64,000 nucleotides of DNA from Catajapyx aquilonaris (lineage: Eukaryota). A program made the translations under genes and the position numbers. Shown here one piece after another: positions 50,445-63,232 of this stretch. Each line of letters starts with the position of its first letter. Positions within the stretch are counted from its first letter, which is position 1. The DNA is taken from assembly GCA_000934665.2 (NCBI GenBank), contig KZ538437.1:1-64000 (forward strand), read 5' to 3'. Under the pieces are notes generated by a model. The model was given only the letters and a program-made list of their open reading frames with translations, did not search any database and had not been told where the DNA came from.

Positions 50445-50900
50445 CATTTGAAGTTGGGGGAGTCGACTAAGAGGCGATTTTCGGCCAACAGCTATTGCGA
50501 CTCGAAAGTAGCTGTGATTAGTAGCAGTTGCTTTTTTTTAAGCAATAATACATGAAAACTACTTTGCGTTTAAATGTAAGTGTGTGTCAGTCTAGTTGAA
50601 GGTTGACCACAACCAAGAGAAACAACAGTTACGATAAGTAAATATGACTCTTTGAGGTTGAAAATGCGATTTTCGGCCCATAGCTACTGCGATTCGAAAG
50701 TAGCAGTGATTTGAGCTGTACCTTACTGCCGTAACTTGAAAAATCCTTTACAGTATGTGTATGTCAACTTGAAGGTTGACAAGAACCAGTTTAAAGGGAA
50801 ATAACAGTTATGACAAGTGATTGGGGCCCTTTGAAGTTTGGGAGGCGATTTTCGGCCAACAGAACCTCGACTCAAAAGTAGCAGTGATTAGTAGCAGTGC
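50445..50900. repeat. Degenerate tandem repeat, ~185-bp period, about 2.5-3 copies
   Basis: GCGATTTTCGGCC..AG...CGA(C/T)TC(G/A)AAAGTAGC(T/A)GTGATT occurs at about 50474, 50666 and 50845; TTGAAGGTTGAC...AACAGTTA.GA.AAGT occurs twice. Confidence 0.8.
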
Positions 50901-52039
50901 GTTTTTGAGATGTATTAATTTTCGAGCGTAGGCTGCCACTTTGGCTTATTTTAACGCTGTTTTTCAGTAGTAGCGACTACATTGCTGGCACGAAATTTCC
51001 ATCTTTAAACCACCTTGAATTATTTTCAAGCCGAATCTGCTCTCTCCGTCTCCTTCAGTGCCCTTGACACTTACAGCCATATATTATACATGCGGAGGAC
51101 TAATGAAATGGCGGACTGCATTTGCGGTTGGATCGTCACTTCTTTTCCTTTTCATCATAGAGGTAGGCACCTTTATTGATGAGATTCCTCCAAGCCCCTT
51201 CTTCCTTTCCCCGGTTCCAGATAAAACTGGTTGGAAGGATTTACATTAAAATTTGTCAGAGACGAGAGGAGGTGGGTTGAGGAGACGAAAAGGGGGAAAG
51301 ATTATTTCTATCGCGACGAAAAACGCAGTTTGTTGGAAGGAGGGAAAAGTTAGGGGGGGAAGACATCCTTTCTTATGATAACGAGCAGTCTGGTAACTGC
51401 AGCTAAAATGAGATATTTCTCTCTTGAATGGTCTCTAGGACCGGTTTTGCAATATGCAAGATACATACCCACGCATTATCTGGTCGGATTACAAAAAGGT
51501 TGCATATTCACCTGACGTATTTCAACAATTGAAATCGTGAATATTGAAATTATTTGTTGTAGAGAAAGCTTCATAAAATTCATGCATTTTCCTATTAGCT
51601 TACAGCCATTTGATGTTATTATAAGCAGAATCTGATTTTTTTAAACCAGTTGATCCAAAGCATTGTTGGATTGTTGGATAATCTCGGCACAGGATTGGAT
51701 ACAATATCTGAGAGTTTGCAGCACCTCCATTTTTTAAAGTTGGTGGCCTGGACCCAACTTTGGACAGGCTCATCGAACACTTGCGAACTGGTTCCCAAAG
51801 GGATGGGGGAAAGCTTTCTAAACTCCGGAGACGCGTCGGGGAAGAGGATTGGAAGTCTAATCCCTTGGATCCGTTGTGGTCTTGCTTTCGGGGTTCTCCA
51901 AAAAAGCAGATCGATGACGAACAGGTATCCGAGCAAAGGACACCACCGGATTACATTGCAATAATCACGACCGAATTCGTGTTAGGGCGTCTCCGAGGTC
52001 GTTTTCAAGAGCAAGCAAAATCTGACGTTGAAGGATCGG

Positions 52040-52266
52040 TTAGGTTAGGTTAGGTTAGGTTAGGTTCGGTCGGGTTCGGTTAGGTTTTGGTTCCCTAAGA
52101 GTTAGGATGGGTTAGGTTAGGTTAGGTCGGGTTCGGTTAGATTTTGGTTCCCTAAGAGTTAGGATGGGTTAGGTTAGATACCCTTACCTAACCCACCATA
52201 AACCTGAGGGAACCCAAACCTAACATAACATAACATAGGTTAGGATTAGTGTAGTGTTAGGTTAGG
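52040..52266. repeat. Interstitial (TTAGG)n telomere-like repeat with variants and an inverted CCTAA segment
   Basis: Five perfect TTAGG units (52040-52064), TTCGG/TCGGG variants, a ~56-bp internal duplication and CCTAA-type units at about 52187-52233. Confidence 0.85.
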
Positions 52267-55200
52267 ACATGTCCTAAGTGATTCTAAGATACAGTTCACT
52301 TGATTTATATGATAATGTACAGGACTATGATCTACCGGCCATTTTCTCGATTCTTCCAATAACAAAATGTTCCACTCCATTCGAGCTTATTCCTCTCCAA
52401 ATTCTTGGCCACAGCCTCCTAAGCTCCAGCCATGTTCTTATTTATGTTCACATAAATATGAATTCCTGCGAGGACCCCAGGGGGTTTTACCTCCTTTAAG
52501 GAGAATGAGCTCCCGGAGAAGACACGTCGCCCTGGGAATATTAATATTACGGGAGACGGTTATGCGGACGGGAATAATGAGATTGCTGGCGTGCTTTGGA
52601 GACTTTGCTGGTCAAGCACTTTTTAAAAGTAAAATCAGGTAAAATCGGGATGATATACGGGCATATTTCTCTCTAGCGGTTTGCCAGATTCATAAGGGTG
52701 CTGAAATGAGTGTAGTTGGCTCGCATTAATAGGCCATAACTCATCTCTGGGTTGGTATGGAGGGCTACATGGTATAACGTGCGTGGTTTTGAATGTTATG
52801 TCATACCCATCTTTCGACTTAACGGGGATCCTCTTTTGTCCGCATATTGCTGGTTTTACGATGCGTGCATGTCGGGTGTGAGATGTACGAAACTTTGCCA
52901 AGTATGGAGGGACACTATTGTTTCGTACGGCGATGCGGACATGCCGTGACTTTGTTTAAAGCTGTTTAAATATCTGGAAGCCGTTAAAATGTGGCGGATT
53001 TTTTTGAGGGTGGGGGGGGGGATTAGCTTCCGGGAGTTTTAAATATTTTATGCGATTATCGGTTTGCGGGCGCAGTCTTTTCAGCTGATAGTTTTTTAAT
53101 GCGGCGTAATGCAAACCCCAACAGCTATATTTGGGTTGCGAGTCGGATTTTACGAGCAAAAGTTATGTGAAGTTTTACTGGTTCTGAAACAATGTTTTCA
53201 GTATAGGCTACCATAAGCAAAAGAGTAAATGCACACTGCTAAATGTTAACTAATATTAACCGGCCAAACTTAATAAACGCTGGCCATTAACGCGTTCAAA
53301 CGATTTACTCTCAATTTCTCCATGTACCGACACGATTTTGATGCTTTACCACAGATTACCAGTACCGACATGTCACATTTGATAGAACACATCATTTTAC
53401 ACTCGGCCACACCGCTCATTAACACACCGGCGGTTACAGTGCGAATAAATAGCTCCCCTGTTATGCATGAAGGTATAGTCACATTTGTCACCATAGTGTG
53501 ACACGAGTGGCTAAGCCTCCAGCAAGAAAGGGTTAGATGACCTACGTTTTTTTTAACTAAAAAAATACCCAGATGATTTGCCAAAATCTGAACTCATTTG
53601 TCGGAGCTGCGAGTTCACGCTCAGGGTCTTTTTGACAGCCGGAGTTTTGCTGAGTGTATACCCATGGGTCGTGTGAATGCATCCGGACACACAGGTGCAG
53701 TGGTGGTGAACCGAGGTGATTTATACGTGGCGACATTTTCCGCGTTATGAACGTGCGGTCGTGACGGTTTTGTGCGCCTGGGATGCAAGCCGCACGTAAT
53801 ACACGAGAGTCGCGTGGGTTACATGTCAGCAAGGATGAGACATTGCCAAAAATATTCGCAATGTACTGTATATGCCTGCAAAATATACACACTATTTACT
53901 TTATAGGCCCTATATATTTTTTTGTTACAGATGATTTCATGAATCTCAAGCAAACGGTTAAAAATGTCAAGGAATTGCGAAACACACTGTACTGTACTAA
54001 GCCAATGTATACACATTCAAAGATGCCTTTATAGAGTGTGTAAGCTCCATTACCTTAGGCGAGCAGTTCATTTTACGCTCCACTGGCAGAAAGGAAATTA
54101 TTATCTCCTCATTTCTATTGCGTTTGCCGCTTTATCTCCAGGGAAATCCTCATACTAGTTCTCTTCTTGCCAATGTAAAGTGTGCGTGTGCAAACCTCAT
54201 TCGCAAAAAGGCTTCCTGAGATGCCATGCAAATATTCGACGTATCAAATTATTAGGCGGCTAGGAAATTCCTGGTTGGTTAACCGCTCATTGCAATATTG
54301 CTCGTACGCCAAAGTTCACAATCAAACCGTAAGATAGCCCTTAATATCATTGAAATTAACCCATACGTCAAGTAAATTCCAGACGTGGTTAACCGCTGGA
54401 GATGACCATTGCAATATTGCTTTACATACGCAGCAGCAGGCTGTCAGTCATCCAATAGTAATTATGAAGCATTCTGATCCTTCTTGATTAAATACGGCTC
54501 CGGCACAAAAACCAACAATTGCGTAATGAAGTGGCAGGTCTCCATTTCCAATTCTTGAAGCAATTCTTTTTTTTTTGCTGTTGCTTATTTGGCCAGATGG
54601 TATCCATCCCATCTGAAGGCCCGAAAATGGCCGGTCCCTGGACAAAGGATCCCTCTGGCATGGAGCCATACGTACAGTTCGCATCCTGAAGCATTCATCT
54701 TCACTTTCCATCGGCGCCGAGAGCGTCTTATTATTCGGCGCCGAGATGAAGGAATTGCTGGGGTGGAGGCGAGGAATAATATTCATCTCTCTCTCTCTCT
54801 GCTCTTTTGGCGGGGAGGTTTCAACAAAGAGCAAAAGCCCGAGCACAACCTCCATTATGCGCCTTTCCCCTTAATTACGGCTGTCAGTTAATTATTGTTG
54901 CTCGAGCGAAACGGAATTTCGCCAATTGGCGAAGGTCATGGCTTCATCTGATAATTGGTTCTGCCAGAAGCATTACGAAAACATTATCATACGTGCTTGC
55001 ATATTTAATTGCGCGAACTGTGTTGCGCACTCGGTTGCGCTCATTTAAAAAAATAATGTCACCTTTGAATATTTTGTGTGTGAATAATATTTAACTCTTA
55101 AGTTTTGGTCAGACATCACGTGCGACACATGTCACATGTTTAGAGAATGGAGACATGATAATCCCATTGCATGATTAGGGCCATCATGTGGGTCGGTTTC

Positions 55201-56385
55201 ATTATTAAGCCTACCCCACACCATCCCCCACATCCGATGTTAAAATAGCTGCCAGAATCCAATTTGCTGCATTGTTAACCAGCTTCGAAACGGAAATTAT
55301 GCTAACGATTCAAACAACGAGAACATAGTTGTCATCATTGAGTGGTATGCCCCATATGGTGGATGGACATTCACGCAGGTTGCATAAGTACAAGGTGCAC
55401 TTTATTTTTTTTTAAGAATCTTCACAATTTTTTTAAAAAATGAATGTCGACGCGTTTGCCGCACCGGTCACCCACTTGCTGTCTCCAAATATTTGTCCCG
55501 AAATGCATTAGACTAACGACTCGGTGTAAACAGCGCTCTCACCGCGAAAGCCTTGGGAATTTGTAACCTGCTTTGTGAACATGTCTCGTTGAAAGCAGTT
55601 GTCACAGCGAGTCGCTTAAATTAGACGACCGTAATCGTATATGCCCAGGCTCCTGGGGTACGTTTCCCGTCCCAAGGCACGACCTGTCATGACTTGTAAG
55701 AAGGGGTATTTGCACGCTGGAAAAGGTCCGGCATTGTTGCACTGCAGTAACGAACAGAGAATTGAATCCATAAATCATTTTGCATGTTATTTTTTAATGG
55801 GTCGGAATAAAGCGGGAGGTCGGATTCCTTTAATAGTTGATTGCATTTGCGTTTCAAAAAAGCAACGTTTTTTTCCCATAGTGTTTCAAGTGGCTTCATA
55901 GTCGCATATTGTGAATGCGGGAAGCACAAATTGCATAGTAATGAGCCTGGCGAGAGATGATGGAGCACGTACATCGCTCATTAATCTTCGTCATTTGCAA
56001 ATGTAACGATGTGTTGGACTGGAGAGAAAGTGGTACCGTTTGTACTGTACATGCGGTTTGGTTCGAGCTTCGGAGGAACTTTGCAGACCGCTTGTGCCAC
56101 CTGAAGTTAGTGTTGATTGGATTCACAGAGAGAGAAAAAATCCTGAAGTACATCATTTCATTCACTTGCCAACTTCAAACTGGGACAGGTGAATAATATT
56201 TCACTTTATTCATGCTAATGCATAAATATATGCATTGAGTGCATTTCGAAATGCACACTTTGAATTTTAACATGCATTAGCAGCTAATGCACATATGATG
56301 TGAGTAATATATGCATTTCATGGATTTTTAAATTAGCATAATATGTGCATTTTTCTATTCAAAGTGTGTATTTCAAAATGCATTA

Positions 56386-56583
56386 TACAGGGTGTCTCAA
56401 CTTTTTTGTCCGAACAGTTATCGGAAAAGCCTATGTAGCCAGAATATGCCCCAACATTCCTGGGACATCCCTCAACTGATAAAGCCAGGGAAGAATCACT
56501 GGTTGCAAGTCACTGCTAAAAATAAGCAGCTTAGTGCAATATTTCCAATAATTGTTCGGACAAAAAAGCTGAGACACCCTGTA
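56386..56583. mobile_element. Tc1/mariner-type palindromic MITE
   Basis: TACAGGGTGTCTCAACTTTTTTGTCCGAACAGTTATCGGAAA ... TTTCCAATAATTGTTCGGACAAAAAAGCTGAGACACCCTGTA. Confidence 0.85.
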
Positions 56584-57105
56584 TAGCATGAATAAATAAA
56601 TAATTCACCAATCCCAGTTGGCACGTGAATAAAATGATGAACTCCGGGTTTTCAATGAAAGGGGTGTCATTCAGAACACCTTTTTTATAAAGAAATAATT
56701 TTATTGCTTATTAATTTTATTAATTTTAATTTAATAACCTCTGAGAGATTTTCATTCATTAAAAATAAAAATAATTGTTTCAGTTCATTTTCTTACATAT
56801 TAAGCAATTTCGAGGCTTCACCAAATTCGAATTAAATTTCTGTGTAAGTCCACAACGTAACTCTTCCAAACTTAATTGTCTAATAAAATGTTCATCCACG
56901 TTATCTTTGCGCCAAATGATCCGGATCTGTGATGGCTCGACCACTCCCTTATGATTAACCGCCCTCCCTCTGTGGCCAGAATGACAATAGAGGGATCCTT
57001 AAAAGGGAGTGGCATACAAAGTTCAACCTGGAGATGCTCTTTTACCCTGCTGGGTGCATCCTAAAGTATGTCTGGTTGATAAAAAAAAATAGTCAAGGAG
57101 AGACC

Positions 57106-57203
57106 TACAAGGTGAGTCAGAACTCACTCATCTATCTACAAAACAATATTGGTGCGTACAGTACAGGCTTTGCTTTTGGGGGCTAGTTTTGACTCACCCT
57201 GTA
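57106..57203. mobile_element. Short CAGGGTG-family MITE
   Basis: TACAAGGTGAGTCAGAACT ... AGTTTTGACTCACCCTGTA, with TA flanks. Confidence 0.65.
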
Positions 57204-60200
57204 CAACAAGAGTGTGCTTTCTCATTGGTGTAGAAAAGCAGGCGGTCGGCAATCGGCGGTCTGTGTGTGTCTGCCTTCAGAAAAAAAAACCCTAAGGAAT
57301 TCTTCTATGGCTGATGCACTGCAATTACGGGATGGAAAGCGTTAGAAGAGGAAATGGGATTGGGTCCTTGACATTTTTTTTTCTTTCCTTCTTCTTTCCA
57401 GGTATACCCTTGCGATACTTGGCGGTTGAAGAAGGAACCGGAATCGACTTCGGAGTAATATCTTCAAGTTTCTCAGGAGACTCCTTGGCTGTGCATTTTG
57501 GGGAACAAGGAGTGTGTATTGTGGCCGAAATGAACAATTCGTGCAAAGGTTAGTAGTATTCTGGGGGCTGTATACTACATCCAAATGTTCCACATTAATT
57601 ATACTACAGGATTTAATTGGCGGTAAGCAGCTTTTGAGATTTGGTTTGGTGCAGAATTACTCGCAAATATTTTTAAGAACTGTCTTAATTCTCCGCAGTT
57701 TGCAGCAAACCCTGTCCTTTTTTCATGTCACGTATAAAGTTCTCATGACCCCCCCTGCAGGCAGACACAGATCTGAAAAATGGAGGAAGCTCTCCCACTG
57801 ATCAATATGCATACACCATTTTGGGAGGGCGACCCTCAAGACTTAGCTCCTTCCGGACTCATTACCGGAAGATTTATGGCGGCTTTTCTCTGGATTTCAT
57901 TTTCCACTGAAACAACGTCGCAACTGTTGTGCAAATAAACTGGGCGTGATGGAGCTTGGGTGTTGGGTGTGGGTTTATATTATATGGCCCCCTTGACTTG
58001 TCTCGGAGAGGCTGTAAAGGACAACTCTCGAACTAATTCGAAGTTTAGCAAACGGTTTAAATAGAATGGGAACGCTAGTGACGTAATCATAAGAGGCAAA
58101 TATTCTGTACGCTCCTGCTGTGTAATTAAGTTTCTTTGAGGTATAGTGCTTGCCAGGTGCTTGCCAGGCGTACAATGAAGCCAACGAAGTGCAGACGCTA
58201 AGTTGGTTTGGGGCAAGGTCATGCCAGCGACCTTAGGTCTGTACAGTATATGACACACCTTTCATGCGGATAAGGTTACCTGAATTTATGCAAATTGAAC
58301 TGCACTTCCAAGTTAATAGCAGACCTGTTGAGATGAATAGTGTGCTAAAGGAATATTATTTTCATTGTTAATAAGTAAATTAAAGAAATTATTAATAAAT
58401 TTAAACACACGTAATAAAGCTAACAAATAAAATAAAATAACTAATTGAATGAAACTGAATTAAATTATAAGTTATATTGAATTAAATAGCATCAGAGCAT
58501 ACAGTACTTGAATAAAATTGAATAACTACTTATAATTGAATAAATCGAATAAATTAATAATCAAACAAACACACAAATAAATAAAATGTCATTTAAGCTG
58601 CAGTTCTGGCTCATGTGTTGGGCTATTTATAATTAAATCATAATTATATGTCCCGTAGGCTAATTTGTAACGCTTCGTTACGTTTTAGGTGATCCAAATC
58701 CACTCGACCAAATCACATTTAAATCTGACATTTGACCCACTCTGATGCATGGTTCCAAAATTAGTACCGAATTCAAAACCAGTTTCCCTCCCCCCCCCNC
58801 CCCCAAAAAAAACGACTCGAGCATATTCCTGTGCCCAAATCCAAACAGCCAAGTCTGTGTGGGTCGAGGAGGTGAAGCAAAAAGCTTTTCCCCGGTCGGT
58901 GAGAAACTCTGGACAAACGAGGCCCGACAGGTCGTCTGTGAACCCGAAAATATAGAGCCTCTCGGAAAAGGCCATTTTCTGCTCCTCCTTCCTGCTGCAC
59001 AGGGTGTGGGAATAAAAAAGAAAAAAAAAGAAAAGGAAAAAAAAGAGAAGGAGACAACCCCCTCCCTCCCTAAGATTTTACTGATGTCTCGAGGATTTCA
59101 AAGTACTTTCTAGGGACTGGAGACAGTGGCCATGTTTCTACGTCTTTCCATTTTCTGAAATTTGCAGTCTGTTTTTCTGAGGTGATAAAACTGGAGTGGA
59201 TTCAATATAATGTGGTAATGCAATGTTATGGATTTTGTAGCAAGTTGAACATATTGACATTAAAGAAATAACTTGAAACATATGAAATCCAATACTACTT
59301 TATGCAAATAATTCTGATGTGACTAATATTTGTCTTCATGATTTGTCTTCGATCGAAAATCGACATCGGAAATATCCTGCTCAACGAACTGGAAATTGAC
59401 AAATCGAAAATCGATTTTCGATATATCACCGCGTTCGTAGGATCGTTCTTCCAAAACATATTGATCAAATAATTAAAGTAAGAAAATTAGCACATATTTA
59501 GTCAACAGAAGGCAGATTCCATATTTTTTCTGTCAAAAAATGTAAATTTAACTATTAAAAATTTATTTTAATTTTAAAAGGGTGCGAACTCGACAAAATA
59601 AAAGCAGTCGGTGCAAACACCCAGCCGAAAAATATATCTTCTAATTATGCACGAGTGTACCGAGCGTTGTTGGAAATGCATAAACTTTTTTTAGCAATTG
59701 TAATTAGCCTAATTAACAGTTTATGAAGTCGCGGTGCGTATCTCCGGAAAATTGAAACTGCGGTGCTCTAATTAAAAAATGCATCACCACGGAGGTGGAC
59801 AAGGGAAGCTTGTGTTATTGCACATACACTCATTAGTTTGATTTATTGTAACCATATTTGCATGCATTACCTACAAAAAAATTAGATGAGACCAAAACGT
59901 TTTTTTTTCTGTCGCTTGATCCGCCATGTACGAATAATTACGCTTAACAAACTCCGTGTCTCATGACAACAGTTCATATTCACTACCGGACGAGTAATTC
60001 CTTTCGACTGACTGGCCGTACCAGGTTTGGTAATTTTCCGAACCATTACTCGAAGCGATGACACTTTGACGGACGTGAATAATTTGCGTATGAAACCCGC
60101 AAATGTAGGGCGTTCCCAAAAATAGCCAATTTTTTTTATTAGCCGATGCTGCTTTTGGCACGAAATTCAACATTTTTCACGCCCCGATTGACTGAAGCTC

Positions 60201-63142
60201 AGTTAAAAAAAAAATCAAAATGTTGCTCTCACTTCGCCAAAGTAAATTTTGAAAAAATTTTAGCATGGCGTTTCCCACACTACTCGTTCCAGAAATTCCG
60301 TTTCATCTCCATCAAACGTATCGCAATTTTGGCGTGGATATCAAATAAAGTAAACGCGATTATGGATTCTTTTTTATGCAATTTTCGTCACTAATTAAAT
60401 GCTGGGAAGTAAACAGATGTGGGAGCATACTCATATGAAAATCTCGCTTCGGGGGCTGCTAATGGTTCTCCATCAAACATTGAGCTCATACAGTGCAATA
60501 AAAAAATCTCTCATTGACACAGCCTGGTGCACTACATACGAGTTAATATTCATAGTTTCAACCAGCCATGGAAGCATCCAATAATAGATCAATAGCTGAT
60601 CTGATATTCTTCATAATCTGATATTTAATGTTTTGTACCGGTTTGCCTTTAGAAGCAAGTTATAATATTTTATTTGTTATGTATTAATTGTGTATTTATG
60701 ATTATTTAGTTGGTGAATTAATTTATTATTTCAGTCAAAAACTTGAATGCATTCCTATTTCAATAGATCAGCATATCTGACTGAATGTAATTTAATTGAC
60801 ACATCAAATTGTCCACATTCTAGTTAAAAATATTTCATAGAAATTGCGACAGTGATTGCTGAATTAATAGAGATTATTTTGTCCAGAGCAACGTACTTGT
60901 ATAATAAGAGAATATTAAAGAGGTGCAGGAAATTAGAAATGTACGATCTATTCGAGGGTATGATTTTATAGGGTAATCCAATTTGAGAAAAATGACTTTG
61001 AGCCATTGAAGCTATGAGTTATTGGCACCATGATTTTCATCTGGAGTAAATTTCCAAGACGCTTTTAAATAGACTGAAGCGCTTCTTTGAATGCTTCACT
61101 ACACTTTCATTAAACCCATAACACTTCGATCTGAAGTTCAATAATGACTTAGCATGGAGAAAGTGAACTTTGACCGTAATAAATCATCTTCTCTCCAGGA
61201 CCGCCTGATGTAATCGCATCGTATTTAATCGCATTTAGGGAAGGCAAGTTTTAATCACTAAAAAAACAAAGTTGAAAATCAGCTTAAAGGGGAAGGAAAA
61301 ACATGGGTAACTTGGAAGCCATAATCGCTCCTGTAATGGACTTCCGTTCAGGTCAAGAGGTAATTTCTCAACGGGGCACATCAGTTCTGGGGGTAAAATG
61401 TGAAGCACTTGCTCGTAATTGCTGAATCATTAAGGGAGGTTATTTTGTCAAGTATCGACTGATGGAGGGGGAAGTGCTCTTTGCTAAATTTTAGCTTTTT
61501 CATAATTATTCATATGGAATTTTGTTAATTACGACGTACTTAAAAATAATCAACCATTAAACTGAAGAGTATCGCATAATGGGCCTGGTTTCAAGCAAGT
61601 CGACTGAAAAATCAAGAAGCAACATTGTTGCCTATTTTCGTTTACCTTGTTAGTTTAATATGAGCAAGTGCAATGTGTTAATCTACGCTTTACTAATCAC
61701 TGCACAATTATCGGATATTTGATAAGAGGTGGTTACGGTGGAGTGAACAGACACATTGCTGCTTCTAAGGATAATAATATTATTGGCATTAGCTTTAACA
61801 CCTTCCTAAACGTACTTCAGGCATAATTAAGTTTATTTAAATAGGATGTACTTGGTGGTATTATGGCGCTCAAAAATTTATTGGAACTGAACTGACAAAG
61901 CAGAAGTTTAACGGTGTGCGTAAAATTAGAATTAGTTAATTCAGTGCTTATAATAATCGGATTCTATGAGTAAACATGTAGCACTTGAGAAATAATTGTC
62001 AAAAAAGTAGTAAAATTAACTGATGTGTCCCTATTTTTGGCCCATACTCTGATATATTTTTCGCTGGCTGGATACGTAATTATTAGCTTACATGCAGATC
62101 TTGCTGAATTATTATTATCATCTCTGCACATTTTCCACCTCCTGAGGCCTGGCTCTAATTCCGTTCCTTTACATACAATTTTCTAGCAGCAAAAATCGCT
62201 CCGGAGTGAGAGATACGGTTTCCTTTTCCGAGTTGCATTTGTCTTGCCAGCTTCCTTCCTTTCAACTAGAGCTTCCTGATACTGCCACCGAGCTAGAGAG
62301 AGAAATATCTATGAATCCTGCCTGAAAAATATTTCCCTCTCTCTAGCTCCAGGCAACAACTTTTGTGACTTTTAATTAGACGGTCTATTAAAAGTCCTTT
62401 TGTTAACGGTCCTAGCGTGAAAAACAACAGGTTTATCGCTCGTGAAATCCCGAGTTTCTGCAATTACCTTTATGGAAAACGATAATTACGCCAAATGCGT
62501 CGAGCGTCGCCACATCTGACGGTCCGCTGTGGGACTTTAATTTTCTCTGAAAGTTAAGTAAAAATGTGCTTTTAGATAGCATTCCTTTTCATCTCGGAGG
62601 CAGGCGCATCAATCATGAGGTTATCGGCATTCACAATATAAACGGGGAGCCATTAGTTGAATTTGCGGAAGTGCAAACACTTCGATCCGCCTCGTCGAAC
62701 CAGTAGAAGGAAAGTCGCTTTACCTAATTGGCATTTATGTAATTACAAAACTGCTTGAATGGCGTTTACCTTATCGATAATTCTAGAGCACATTGTAAGG
62801 AGCTTGCAAATATTCACCGATTTCTCTCGGGAGGTGACCTTCATGGTTTGCACTTTTTGGGCAATCCTCGTGGCATGCACCTTGTCACGTCTCCATCGCT
62901 TTTCTCCCAAGCCTCGTTCCATATTCCTGCAGGCACGATTCCACCTTTTCTATTCATTTCTAGAACGGAATTCTAGCAAAGGTCTGTTCCCGACAGGTTG
63001 GACAATGCGGACCTATGTAGGCACACCTTTGAAAAAATATTATTCATTCGTAAAAATCAAGCGCCCGTACCATTTTCAGACCAATACGCATCCCGATCAC
63101 GCAGCTAACCGGCTGTTAAAATCTTATCATGCTTAATCGACA

Positions 63143-63232
63143 CTTCCGATTGGCTCCCGTCCTGCGACTGCGCAAGGAGCTGCGACGCGCGCAGGGTGAG
63201 GCAGCGCCTCTGGTGGATGGCAGGAGGTACTG
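63143..63232 (-). repeat. Dispersed ~80-90 bp repeat, copy C
   Basis: CTTCCGATTGG...TGCGACTGCGCAA...GAGGCAGCGCCTCTGGTGGATGGCAGGAGGTACT; same motif order as copy B. Confidence 0.7.

Noticed and set aside
50445..50900. Regularly spaced repeats as a possible CRISPR-like array
   Set aside because: The context is eukaryotic, the 'spacers' are homologous to each other, the period is ~185 bp and there are no cas genes. It is an ordinary degenerate tandem repeat, and the same applies to 560-1720.
51619..52053. Overlapping ~100-aa ORFs next to the TTAGG block
   Set aside because: No frame gives a recognisable protein or consistent splice sites.
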